Below the pieces are notes generated by a model. The model saw only the letters and a program-made list of their open reading frames with translations, searched no databases and had not been told where the DNA came from. Positions 19,220 through 29,162 of a stretch of DNA of 64,000 nt are shown here, one piece after another. The translations under genes were made by a program, and so were the position numbers. Source of the DNA: Gammaproteobacteria bacterium (lineage in GTDB: Bacteria; Pseudomonadota; Gammaproteobacteria; Eutrophobiales; Eutrophobiaceae); NCBI GenBank assembly GCA_965222155.1, contig CBDCTH010000012.1, positions 320,001-384,000 on the forward strand, written 5' to 3'. Position 1 is the stretch's first letter, and every line of letters starts with the position of its first letter.

Positions 19220-20005
19220 ATGCCGGTTCCAGCCATACGGATACAAGGACTGACAAAACAGCGCGGCAGGAAAGCCGTGTTATCGGACCTGGATCTTATG
19301 GTTCCCGAGGGTAGCTACATGGGCCTGGTGGGGGTTAACGGCGCCGGCAAAACCACCTTGCTGAAATGTCTGCTGGACCTCGATACGGCAACCTCGGGAG
19401 AGATTGCCGTCTTCAACAGGAAGCACAGCTTGGTCGCAGCCAGGTCGCGCCTGGCTTACCTGCCGGAAAAGTTTCGGCCGCCGGGTTATCTCAACGGTTG
19501 GGAGTTCCTGCGTTACCTGGGCGCACTCCATGGCAATGAATTCAACCTCAACCGGATAAAGGAGGTTATGGACATCCTGGACGTGGAGATTGCAGAGCTG
19601 GATAAACCCGCTATGCGCCTGTCAAAAGGAACGGCGCAGAAACTGGGCCTGGCTGCCTGTCTGGTGAGCGGGAAAAGGCTGCTCATCATGGATGAACCAA
19701 TGAGCGGCCTGGACCCCAGGGCGCGGGTCTGTCTGCAATCTCACCTGCTGGAGCTGAAACGGCAGGGTCTTACCTGTTTTTTCACTACCCACCTGCTGGC
19801 GGACGCGGAAAAACTATGCGACAGCATAGCCATATTGCACCAGGGCAAAATCCACTATGCCGGATCACCCGCCGCCTGCTGCCGGCATTTCAACGCAGTT
19901 AACCTTGAACAGGCTTTTTTACGCTGTGTGAGAGGCAGGGACCGGTTACCAGGCAACAGGCGGCAGGTAACGGACACGGCGAATGGCGAATATACGGAAC
20001 ACTGA
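19220..20005 (+). CDS. ABC transporter ATP-binding protein (PilH-like)
   Basis: GVNGAGKTT, LSKG signature, MDEPMSGLDP, TTH. Confidence 0.9.
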   Translation: MPVPAIRIQGLTKQRGRKAVLSDLDLMVPEGSYMGLVGVNGAGKTTLLKCLLDLDTATSGEIAVFNRKHSLVAARSRLAYLPEKFRPPGYLNGWEFLRYLGALHGNEFNLNRIKEVMDILDVEIAELDKPAMRLSKGTAQKLGLAACLVSGKRLLIMDEPMSGLDPRARVCLQSHLLELKRQGLTCFFTTHLLADAEKLCDSIAILHQGKIHYAGSPAACCRHFNAVNLEQAFLRCVRGRDRLPGNRRQVTDTANGEYTEH

Positions 20006-20039
20006 GATTTAGTGATATTCTGCCACGAGGTTCCCGGCA

Positions 20040-20504
20040 TCAGGAATCGATATTATCAGCTACCCTGTGCTTTGTTCTGATGTAATCTTTATGGGAGATA
20101 TAGAGCAAATCGGCAATTTTTCGGATGTAATATTCTTCATATTTATCCAGAACGGCATCGGCAAATGCAACCTGCCAGAGTAATTCAATGATTTGGATTT
20201 TTTCCGATGCGTTCAGATTGTTATTGAGCATACGGGTAAAGTCATGCAGGGAAACGGCGAGGTCGACTTCCCGGCGCGCCAACGCGATTAATTCATCCAC
20301 CTGTTCGGCGGCAATATTAAAGTGAGCGCTCAGCGCTTTTTTGATGACAGCCAGTTCTTCATTATCAATAGATGAATCTGCCAGGCTGATTTCTATCATC
20401 AGTACGGCTGCAGCCAGCTCAACCCGGTTGTCGAGACCGGACATACTGTGGTCAGTCTCGTCCTGAATGCTTCGTTCAAAGAATTCTTTCAACGATTTAA
20501 GCAT
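20040..20504 (-). CDS. TerB-family protein
   Basis: LAAAVLMIEISLAD; LWQVAFAD...EEYYIRKIADLL. Confidence 0.8.
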   Translation of the reverse strand: MLKSLKEFFERSIQDETDHSMSGLDNRVELAAAVLMIEISLADSSIDNEELAVIKKALSAHFNIAAEQVDELIALARREVDLAVSLHDFTRMLNNNLNASEKIQIIELLWQVAFADAVLDKYEEYYIRKIADLLYISHKDYIRTKHRVADNIDS

Positions 20505-20546
20505 GAGCAGCCTGTTCCGGAATATCCTTACCGAATCCGGGTAGCG

Positions 20547-20906
20547 TTAATTCCTATGCTGGGTATGGAGGTAATGGCCGTCATTGAAGCGTTTAAAATA
20601 AGCCTCTATCAGCGGATGGTCCACCGGTTCGAGCGAGGAGTCATTGTTCAGGTTTCTTTCGGCGACATAGGTTTCCTGGTCGGAATTGTGAACCAGCACT
20701 TTATACCAGGGTTTGTCCTTGGGGGGACAGGATTGTGCTACCTCGTCGTACCATTCATCCGAACCCTGAAAAACAGGATCAACGTCAACTATAACCCCCC
20801 GGTAATCAAATAATTTATGCTTGATCAGTTGACCTATGTTGTATTTGGCGTGCTGTAATGTCATCTTTCTTGTATCAGGCTTGTTATAACGCTCTATTTT
20901 AAACAC
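20547..20906 (-). CDS. hspQ: Heat shock protein HspQ (YccV family)
   Basis: AKYNIGQLIKHKLFDYRGVIVDVDP, PWYKVLV, TYVAERNL. Start may be 20864. Confidence 0.85.
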   Translation of the reverse strand: MFKIERYNKPDTRKMTLQHAKYNIGQLIKHKLFDYRGVIVDVDPVFQGSDEWYDEVAQSCPPKDKPWYKVLVHNSDQETYVAERNLNNDSSLEPVDHPLIEAYFKRFNDGHYLHTQHRN

Positions 20907-20915
20907 TAACAGGTT

Positions 20916-21650
20916 ATGCGCAATATCCGAATATACATAGATACCCCGTTAGCGGTCGCCGCAAGAGTTATTTTGCCTAAAGAGGCGTCACACCACTTGC
21001 TGCGGGTCCTGCGTTGTCGGCGCAATAATGATATTACCCTGTTCAACGGCCATGGAGGAAGTTATCCGGGAAAGATTATTTCCGATTCCACTCGTATGGT
21101 TGAAGTTGAAATTCTGGGCTTTGAGCCGGAAACATCCGAACCCGCCCTGTTTATCACACTGGGGTTTGGTATATCACGCAGCCTGCACATGGATTATGCC
21201 ATACAAAAGTCGGTGGAATTAGGTGTATCCGCTATTGTTCCCCTCTTTACTGAACGCAGCAACGTCAAACTGGAGCATAAACGTGCAGAGACGCGCCTGC
21301 AACATTGGGAAAAAATCATGATCCATGCCTGTGAGCAGTCCGGCAGAAATACCGTGCCGGTATTACATGCTCCGCGAGCGCTGCATGAGTGGGCCTCGAA
21401 CGATCAGAATACAACACGATTTCAACTGGCGCCGGCAGCACGGCAAACCCTGGCCGGATTTAACGGGATGAATAGTCGGGATATAAGCATCCTGGTAGGC
21501 CCGGAAGGCGGCCTGACCGATTCAGAGCAGACGACAGCCGAAAAACTTGGATATATCCCGATAAAACTGGGCCCTCGTACGTTACGCACTGAAACTGCCG
21601 TGGTTGCAGCTATCACTGCACTGCAGGTGCTATGGGGCGACTTACGTTGA
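20916..21650 (+). CDS. rsmE: 16S rRNA m3U1498 methyltransferase
   Basis: HLLRVLR, QKSVELGV, ACEQSGR, VGPEGG, LGPRTLRTETA. Confidence 0.95.
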   Translation: MRNIRIYIDTPLAVAARVILPKEASHHLLRVLRCRRNNDITLFNGHGGSYPGKIISDSTRMVEVEILGFEPETSEPALFITLGFGISRSLHMDYAIQKSVELGVSAIVPLFTERSNVKLEHKRAETRLQHWEKIMIHACEQSGRNTVPVLHAPRALHEWASNDQNTTRFQLAPAARQTLAGFNGMNSRDISILVGPEGGLTDSEQTTAEKLGYIPIKLGPRTLRTETAVVAAITALQVLWGDLR

Positions 21651-21732
21651 ACAAAGGGGTCAGACTCGATTGATTTTCCAGACACCTTTGATTCCATTCA
21701 GGGCAGCGCCCGTCATACCGATACCCCCAGTC

Positions 21733-21782
21733 GTCATACCGGCATTCGCCGGAATGACGACGGGTGAAGGTGCCGGAATGAC
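21733..21782. repeat. GTCATTCC-type palindromic repeat
   Basis: GTCATACCGGCATTCGCCGGAATGAC hairpin plus a second GCCGGAATGAC. Confidence 0.6.
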
Positions 21783-21890
21783 GAGGGCCTGGATTCACAA
21801 AGTATGATATTGCCCTGTCTGCAAGTAAACAGAACACAGAAAATTCCCAATTTAAGATATAATATTGTTTTCTATTAGGAAGATTAAAAT

Positions 21891-23186
21891 ATGGTTGCAA
21901 CTGCAGCAGAAGTGGTACCACACCTGACAACGGCCCTGACCGGTCCCTTGAACATCATAGAGAGCACTATCCTGGACTACCAGGCGAGGATTGAATCCTG
22001 GTTCCGGTCGCAGTGGCGTAAGACACCGGTGCCGTTATATGCTTCCGTAGACTTGAGAAACGCAGGTTACAAGATAGCCCCCATCGACACCAACCTGTTC
22101 CCCGCAGGGTTTAATAACCTTAACCCGGCTTTCGAACCCCTGTGCATACAGGCGATGCAATCGGCGCTGGAGCGAGTGGATGGGCCGGTGGACCGTATTT
22201 TAATCATTCCCGAGAACCATACCCGAAACAGGCATTATCTTGAGAACCTTGCCGTCCTGCAGAGAATACTTGAAAAGGCCGGCTTCGAGACCCGGCTGGG
22301 TTCCCTGCTGCAGGACCTGGGCAAGGGAATGCAAATCGATTTGGACAGCGGTTCGTCCATCCACCTGGAACCGTTACGGCGAGAGGGTTCCAGTCTTCTG
22401 GTCAATGATTTCCGGCCGGAACTGTTGATATTGAACAATGATTTATCATCCGGCATACCGGAGTTCCTGCAGGGAGTGGAGCAAATGGTCATGCCGCCGC
22501 TCAACCTGGGTTGGTCTGACCGTCTCAAGTCCGTACATTTCGGTTTTTACCGGGACATCGCCCGGGAATTTGCCGCGTTGCTGGATATTGATCCCTGGCT
22601 GATCGATCCCATGTTCCGCAACTGCGGAGAAGTGGACTTTATGAAACGTGAAGGCGAATCCTGTTTGTCCAGGAACGTTGATTCACTGCTTAATGCCATC
22701 CGGAAAAAATATGATGAGTATGGCGTAAACAATGAGCCGTTCGTAATGATCAAAGCGGATTCAGGCACTTACGGCATGAGCGTTATGCCTGTCCACAGCG
22801 CGGAGGATATCTCGGAACTGAACCGGAAGCAAAGGACGAAAATGGCTACCACCAAGGAAGGACAAAAAGTGACTAAGGCGATCACTCAGGAAGGCATATA
22901 CACCCGTGAAACCTGGGGTAATCCCGGTACGGTGGCGGAACCGGTCGTTTACCTGATAGACCAGAACGTAGTAGGTGGTTTTTACCGGGTGCATCCGCAA
23001 CGGGCTACGAATGAGAACCTCAATTCACCGGGCATGTATTTCGAACGGCTGGCCTTTGATGAATGTTGTATTTCACCTGACAAGGAGCAGTCACCGGATG
23101 CCCACCCGAACCGTTTTTATACCTACGGCGTCATAGCCCGGCTTGCAATGCTGGCAGCCGCCCGGGAAACGAAAAACCTTGGGTAG
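21891..23186 (+). CDS. gshA: Glutamate--cysteine ligase
   Basis: VPHLTTALTGP, SVDLRNAGYKIAPIDTNLFPAGFNNL, KADSGTYGM, NRFYTYGVIARLA. Confidence 0.92.
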   Translation: MVATAAEVVPHLTTALTGPLNIIESTILDYQARIESWFRSQWRKTPVPLYASVDLRNAGYKIAPIDTNLFPAGFNNLNPAFEPLCIQAMQSALERVDGPVDRILIIPENHTRNRHYLENLAVLQRILEKAGFETRLGSLLQDLGKGMQIDLDSGSSIHLEPLRREGSSLLVNDFRPELLILNNDLSSGIPEFLQGVEQMVMPPLNLGWSDRLKSVHFGFYRDIAREFAALLDIDPWLIDPMFRNCGEVDFMKREGESCLSRNVDSLLNAIRKKYDEYGVNNEPFVMIKADSGTYGMSVMPVHSAEDISELNRKQRTKMATTKEGQKVTKAITQEGIYTRETWGNPGTVAEPVVYLIDQNVVGGFYRVHPQRATNENLNSPGMYFERLAFDECCISPDKEQSPDAHPNRFYTYGVIARLAMLAAARETKNLG

Positions 23187-23400
23187 CCGCTTTATCATAT
23201 TTGATAAGCCAGTTGGCAAGTACATAATCCAGCCATAACGGACTGCGCTGGATGCGCCCTTGCTTGTCTTCATTTCAACTTTATTCAGCGTCAACCTTGC
23301 CCTCCATGGCGCGGCTTCAGTGGCTTCGATAAACCCCAGCCACAACATCCCTGTTGTGGCGAAATCTGCCCGGAGCAGATTTGGACGCCCCTATGCATAA

Positions 23401-23425
23401 GGGGACGGATTTGAAATCCGTCCCC
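23401..23425. repeat. REP-like palindrome GGGGACGGATTT-N-AAATCCGTCCCC
   Basis: Perfect 12-bp arms; second copy at 44903-44927; a variant lies inside the MITEs. Confidence 0.75.
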
Positions 23426-23443
23426 GGAAGGATGGGGCGCACA

Positions 23444-23860
23444 TCAACTACGACTATGCTCATCGTCGCAAGCACCCGCTGGCGCTAAAAATCCGGCGCC
23501 ATCATGCGTCCTGATGAGACTTTCCAACGGAATAGACAGGTTTGAATGAAGGTTTCGAATCATGTTCAGTGATAGTTCCCTGCGATGGTTGAGGATTTCT
23601 GAAACCCTGCCTCGGTTACCGATATAGGGTTCCAAATCTTTTCTTGTCAGATTCATTTGCTCCATCCTGAATTTAATAGCCTCTATGGGACTTGGCGGAG
23701 AAATTTGGTGATGCTTTTCTTCGTAGTCTTCAACAAGGATAAACATGATATCCAGTTTGTCACCGGCTTTCGTACCTTCATCAGCCCCCCACAGCCTTTC
23801 AATTTCGGCAAGAGCCTGATCGTAGTCTTTTTCATTTTTAATGGGTTGAATATCCATCAT
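23444..23860 (-). CDS. higA: HigA antitoxin
   Basis: IQPIKNEKDYDQAL, PIEAIKFRMEQ, GRVSEILN...LSLNMIR. Confidence 0.9.
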   Translation of the reverse strand: MMDIQPIKNEKDYDQALAEIERLWGADEGTKAGDKLDIMFILVEDYEEKHHQISPPSPIEAIKFRMEQMNLTRKDLEPYIGNRGRVSEILNHRRELSLNMIRNLHSNLSIPLESLIRTHDGAGFLAPAGACDDEHSRS

Positions 23861-24149
23861 AGACCTCCGCATCAATGGCCTCATATTGCTTATGTGTGCC
23901 GATAAATTTTACAAAGCAGGCTTGTCTCCGATAATCAATGGCGACAACCATCCGATATTTATTTCCCGCTATATTGAACACAACACGGTTATTTTTAAGA
24001 ATACTTGCTGAACGAAACTGTGCTTTTAGCGTAGTCCAGGTGGCTTTTGGAGTTTCAAAATACCAGGCTTCCAATGGTCCCTGTGCATCAGAATATTTTG
24101 GCACTGATTCCCAAAATTCCCTTAATGTCCTTTTTGCAATTACTCTCAC
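23838..24149 (-). CDS. higB: HigB toxin
   Basis: MRVIAKRTLREFW, RVVFNIAGNKYR, FIGTHKQY; toxin-first gene order. Confidence 0.9.
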   Translation of the reverse strand: MRVIAKRTLREFWESVPKYSDAQGPLEAWYFETPKATWTTLKAQFRSASILKNNRVVFNIAGNKYRMVVAIDYRRQACFVKFIGTHKQYEAIDAEVYDGYSTH

Positions 24150-24293
24150 ATTGAAAGTTTAAATTGATACCATTTTGGGATCAAGCTTTGATTGCTTGAA
24201 TAATTCCGGTTTCTTGAAATTCGTGGGGATAACTCAGGGTCAAAGCCCATTCTTTTGGCATGGATGTATGACAGCATCTCCAATATGCCAGCA

Positions 24294-24437
24294 GCTCCCG
24301 CTAACTCCCGGGATCGAGGGCATCCTGCCCTCGTGGAGGGCGAGACGCCCTCCCTCCCAAGGGGAAATGCCCCTTTATGGTCAGAGTATGCCCGAATCCG
24401 GCAAAAATCACTGTATTGACCTCGATTTAGCGGGAGC
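24294..24437 (+). mobile_element. MITE-like repeat, copy 2 (both ends present)
   Basis: Terminal inverted repeats GCTCCCGCTAA...TTAGCGGGAGC; shared core. Confidence 0.85.
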
Positions 24438-24459
24438 ACCTGCCAATATGCAGAGATAT

Positions 24460-24487
24460 TTGACTCTCTTTTATAAATAACTATAAT
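24460..24487 (+). promoter_or_regulatory. Sigma70-type promoter upstream of the virB3/virB2-like pair
   Basis: TTGACT-N16-TATAAT, about 60 bp before ATG 24546. Confidence 0.6.
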
Positions 24488-24545
24488 TGGTATGAAATAG
24501 AAATAGATAGGGAGTATTCAGCAACCCATTTTTTGCAGGTAGTTT

Positions 24546-24854
24546 ATGGATATCAGGGAAGATGCATACAGTAACAGGTCGTCCTTAACCGCGCATAAGC
24601 GGTACTTCGGCTATCCCGCCAATGCAGTTTTATTCCTTTTTGCCGTGTCTGCCTTACTGGGAGTGCAGTTGCGCTCGTTATTACTGTTTTCAGTCATATT
24701 CACTTTCGGCCTGTTAGTGCTTAACCTTGTTTGCCGGAATGACCCAAACGGTATAGCAGTATGGTTGTATGTAATCAGAAAAAGGTTGCTGAAACGGATT
24801 ACCTGCCTGTGTGCAGGTCGGGTGGCTGACAGGCCGTTCATGTTTACCGAATAA
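24546..24854 (+). CDS. VirB3/TrbD-like small membrane protein
   Basis: SLT...FGYP, then two TM helices, then NDP; size 102 aa. This is the VirB3 pattern. Confidence 0.55.
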   Translation: MDIREDAYSNRSSLTAHKRYFGYPANAVLFLFAVSALLGVQLRSLLLFSVIFTFGLLVLNLVCRNDPNGIAVWLYVIRKRLLKRITCLCAGRVADRPFMFTE

Positions 24855-24876
24855 CACTTAACCAGGAGATGTAACG

Positions 24877-25170
24877 ATGCGTGACAGTATCAATTTGCTT
24901 GGATTGCTTCTTTTCCCCGGTACCCTGCGCGCCGAATTTGATATCGGCACGACTGGAGGGCCGCTGGATTTTATCACTACCGCGTTTCAGACGGCGGTGG
25001 ATTTTTTGACGGGGCCGGCGGCGCTGGCCTTCCTGGTCGGCTCCGTTGTCGTGGGCGGCGTAATGTGGGCTTATGCGCCCAAGAGTGGCGCTCTTGGCAT
25101 TGTATTCCGGGCGATCATGGTGTTGCTGGTTATCTTCAACCTGTCTCTGGTTGTCAATAATCTGAAGTGA
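24877..25170 (+). CDS. VirB2/TrbC-like conjugative pilin
   Basis: AGGAG RBS; signal peptide; GGPL...DFLTGP followed by two hydrophobic helices. Confidence 0.6.
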   Translation: MRDSINLLGLLLFPGTLRAEFDIGTTGGPLDFITTAFQTAVDFLTGPAALAFLVGSVVVGGVMWAYAPKSGALGIVFRAIMVLLVIFNLSLVVNNLK

Positions 25171-25193
25171 TGCAGGGCGTATGAGAACCAGGC

Positions 25194-25353
25194 GCTCCCG
25201 CTAAATCGAGGTCAATACAGTTTAAGACAAGGGGGACAGATTTAAATCTATCCCCTGGGAGTCTGACCATAAGGGGGCCTGTTTCCCTGGGAGGGAGGGC
25301 GTCTCGCCCGCCACGAGGGCAGGATGCCCTCGGTCCCGGGAGTTAGCGGGAAC
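25194..25353 (-). mobile_element. MITE-like repeat, copy 3 (both ends, inverted)
   Basis: GCTCCCGCTAAATCGAGG...TTAGCGGGAAC; near reverse complement of the copy at 32841. Confidence 0.85.
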
Positions 25354-25725
25354 TGCTGCCGTGAAGATGGAGCGTCTGCGACTCATGGTTTCACCAGCCG
25401 TCTCACAACGCTGTATGAGCAATTGAACAAAGCTTCCTTCGTAGCGGCACTTGTCGACGGCCAGGAGGCCAATATCGAACTGGCCAACGAATTGCAGCAG
25501 GCCGGCGCCGGCACAGGTTTGTCTCATAGGTACTGAACCCGGACAAGAGGGGGTTGACATTGCATGAAGCAGTGGGGTAGGGTATGCCGACTGTGATTAG
25601 AGGATGGATGACCATAACAATGAATAGGCACGCCCGCCTGTCTTACGGGAGAGAGTTCGGAACGTCCTGCGGTGCTGACTCGCTGACGCATCGTCTGTGC
25701 GGCGTCCTGCGCCCATTCTCCTTTA

Positions 25726-25745
25726 CCCCCCCCCCCCCCCCCCCC
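25726..25745 (+). repeat. Poly-C tract (C20)
   Basis: Twenty consecutive C in the 5' coding region of the adhesin. Confidence 0.95.
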
Positions 25746-28700
25746 ACATGAGATAACGAATCGCCGGTGCGGCGCTGCCGCTTCGCCGCGTGCGCGGGTA
25801 GCGGGCGTTCGCGGGGGGTCGACCGCAGCGGGGCTTTCCAGGCGGTTCCGGCGCGGGGTCCTGTGCGCCCTGGCGCTCGTGACGCTGATGTGCGGTCTGG
25901 CCGCGCCCGCGGCGGCGCAGGTGCCGGCGGCGCCGGAGGGGCTCGGCACCATGGGTACCGGCGACGGAGTTGTCACCCTGGTCTGGAGTAACCCGGGCGA
26001 CGCGAACATCATCGGGTATCAGTACCAGCATAAGGTCGGGTCGGACGCCTGGGGCTTGTGGACCAACATCCCGAGCAGCGGCCCGACCACGACGTCATAC
26101 ACCTTCACGGGACTGGCCAATTTCGTGGTACACTCTCTCCGGATCCGGGCGGTGAACGCCGCCGGTGCGAGTCAACCTAGCATCATCAAGACTGCTCAGC
26201 CGTTCGGCCAGCTGCCTGCGCCGACGGGTCTCACGGCGACGCCGGGCGACAGCGAGGTCAAGCTGCGCTGGACAATGCCGAGCGGCGCGTGGATCGACGA
26301 TGTCTATGGCTATCAATATCAGAAGAAAGAGGGGTCGAGCGGCGCCTGGGAAGCCTGGACGAAGAGTTCCGGAGTTCTGAACCTGTCCACGACGCACACT
26401 GTCACCGGTCTGACCAACGGCACGACTTATTACTTCAAAGTCCGGGCGATGGGTATTTCAGACTCCGGCCTGGGGTCTAACGTGGCGTCGGCGACGCCGA
26501 TCGCCGCCCAGTGGCCTGACACCCCCGATGCCCCGATACTCATCCCCGGTGACAGCGAGATCGCGGTGTCATGGACCGCCCCGGCGGCCAACCGCGCGTC
26601 CATCAGCGACTACGACGTGCGCTACCGGGCAGGCAACTCCGGCCCCTGGACGAACTGGGATGCGTCCACCACGAGCACGGCGCTGAGCACGGTCATCACC
26701 AGCCTGACCAACGGCCAGCGCTACCAGGTGCAGGTGCGGGCGACGAACCGCGTGGGCCCGTCAGACTGGTCGGCCAGCGCCCGCGCCACGCCGGTGGCCG
26801 CGCCCGCGGCGCCCGCGCGCCCGACCCTTATACCCGGTGACCGGCAAATCCAGGTGTCCTGGAATGCGCCGACCGACACCGGCGGCGCGGCCATCACCGG
26901 CTACGACATCAGGCTGCGGCGCCCCTCGGACGGCCTGGTGTTGAGCCAGGCCAACACCAGCAGCGGCACCAGCTATACATTTACAGGCCTGACCAACGGC
27001 CAGTCCTACCAGGTGCAGGTGCGGGCTGCGAACAAGAACGGAGACGGCGGCTGGTCGCCCAGCGCCAGCGCCACGCCCGTGGCGACGCCGGGCAAGCCGA
27101 CTGCGCTGACGGTCACCGTGCTGGGCGCCACCTCACTGCGGGTGAGCTGGACGGCGCCGACCAACACGGGCGGCAGTGCCATCACCGGCTACACGCTGCG
27201 GCGCAGTGCGGACAACGGGTTAATCTGGATGGCGTTGCCGGATGTCGCGGGGCCCGGGATGAGCAGGACGGTGACGGGTCTGACGCCGGGGGTCGCGTAT
27301 GTGTTCCAGGTACGGGCAACCAATGCGGCGGGGAACGGGGATTGGTCGGACGCCTCATCGCCGGCTACCCCCTCGGCGGCGCCGGCTGCGCCCGACGCCC
27401 CGACCCTTACCCCCGGCAATCAGCAGCTCGGGGTGGTATGGAGCGCGCCGGACGCCAACGGCGCGGACATCAGCGACTACGACGTGCGCTACAAGCTGAG
27501 CACCGTCACCGGCTGGACGGACGCCCACTACAACGGCACCGACACCAGCACGACCCTCGACGGTCTGACCAACGGCCAGCGCTACCAGGTGCAGGTGCGG
27601 GCGATAAACGTGCAGGGCCCCGGCGGCTGGTCGGACTTCGCCAGCGCCACGCCGGCCACCACTGCTACGGTGCCCGCCGCGCCGGCCGGTCCCGACGCTC
27701 GCCCCCGGCAACGGCAGGATAGTGGTGTCGTGGGCTGCGCCGACGAGCAACGGTGGCGCCCCTATCACCGGCTACAACGTACAGTACAGGCGGAGCAGCG
27801 ACACCGCTTGGACGGACGCCCACTATGATGGCACCGGCACCAGCACGACCCTCGATGGCCTCACCAACGGCCAGGACTACCAGGTGCAGGTACAGGCCGT
27901 GAACGCGCAGGGCGCGAGCGACTGGTCGGCCAGCGCCCCGGACACGCCGCCGGCAGCCCCGTCCCCGGCCGTGCCGCCCACCCTCCTCGTGACACGGGGC
28001 GACACCAGGGTGACGTTGCACTGGGGGAGCGTGAGCGATGCTACCATTACCCGCTGGGAGTACCGGCAGAAGGCGGGCGCGGGCGATTACGAGGACTGGA
28101 CCGGGATTCCCGGCAGCGCCGCGGACACGAGAGACCACGAGGTCACCGGCCTGAGCAACGGCACGCGCTACACCTTCCAGGTGCGGGCGCTGAGGGGGGG
28201 CGTGCCCGGTGCCGCCTCCAACGAGGCCAGCGCCACGCCGACACCGCCCTTGGCGCAGCCGACGGACTTCACCGCCACCCCCGGCGATAGCCAGGTCATT
28301 CTGCGTTGGGCCGGCCCCAGCGACCCCAACATCGTCAGTTGGGAGTACCGGCAGAAGGCGGCGGACAATTACGGGGGCTGGGCCGAGATTGCCGGCAGCA
28401 ACGCGACCACGAGAACGCATACGGTCACCGGCCTGAAGAACGGCACGCGCTACACCTTCCGGGTGCGGGCGCTGAGCGGGGCCGTGCCCGGCCCCGTCTC
28501 CGCCGAGGCCTCGGCCACGCCGACCGCCCAGAAGCCCGACGCGCCGGGGACGCCGAGCGGCCCGGCGCTGAGCGACGTCAAGGCGACGCCGTCAACCATC
28601 AGGGCCCGGCCGGTCTTCCACACTCTCCTGGACGCCGCGTGCGGACGTGAGGGCGGTGTACGTGAACGGTGGCGGGCTGTCTGAGGTCCCGGCCACTGGC

Positions 28701-29162
28701 AATTCCCACGTGGTGACGCCTTCCGAAACCGGGGACATCACCTACACGCTGAGCGTCGAGGACGACGAGGGTGCGCCGCTGGGCGAATTCCCGCTCAGCG
28801 TGACCGTGCGGCCGCCCCCACCGCCGCCGCCCCCACCGCCGCCTTCTCGCAACACGGCACCGGTGGCCGGGGATGATGAGGTAACGCTGGACCAGGGTGG
28901 TCGGGTTACCCTGTCAGCCGCAACCTTACTGGCCAATGACCGGGATGCGGACGGGGATACACTGCGCATTACAGCCGTCAGCAAGGCCACGGCCAACATC
29001 AGCGTCAGCCCTACCCCGGCTTCAAGTTGGCGGATTACGTCTATAGACGTTCAACACGACGGCGCCGACACCCCGACAACCGCCGGTTTTGAGTACACCA
29101 TTACCGATAGCGCCGGCGCCACGGCGACGGCGACCGTGACGCTGACGATTGCGCTGACCGCA

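Noticed and set aside
25354-25536. ORF tail after MITE copy 3 as a further T4SS gene remnant
   Set aside because: No recognisable motif, and its start lies within the MITE.
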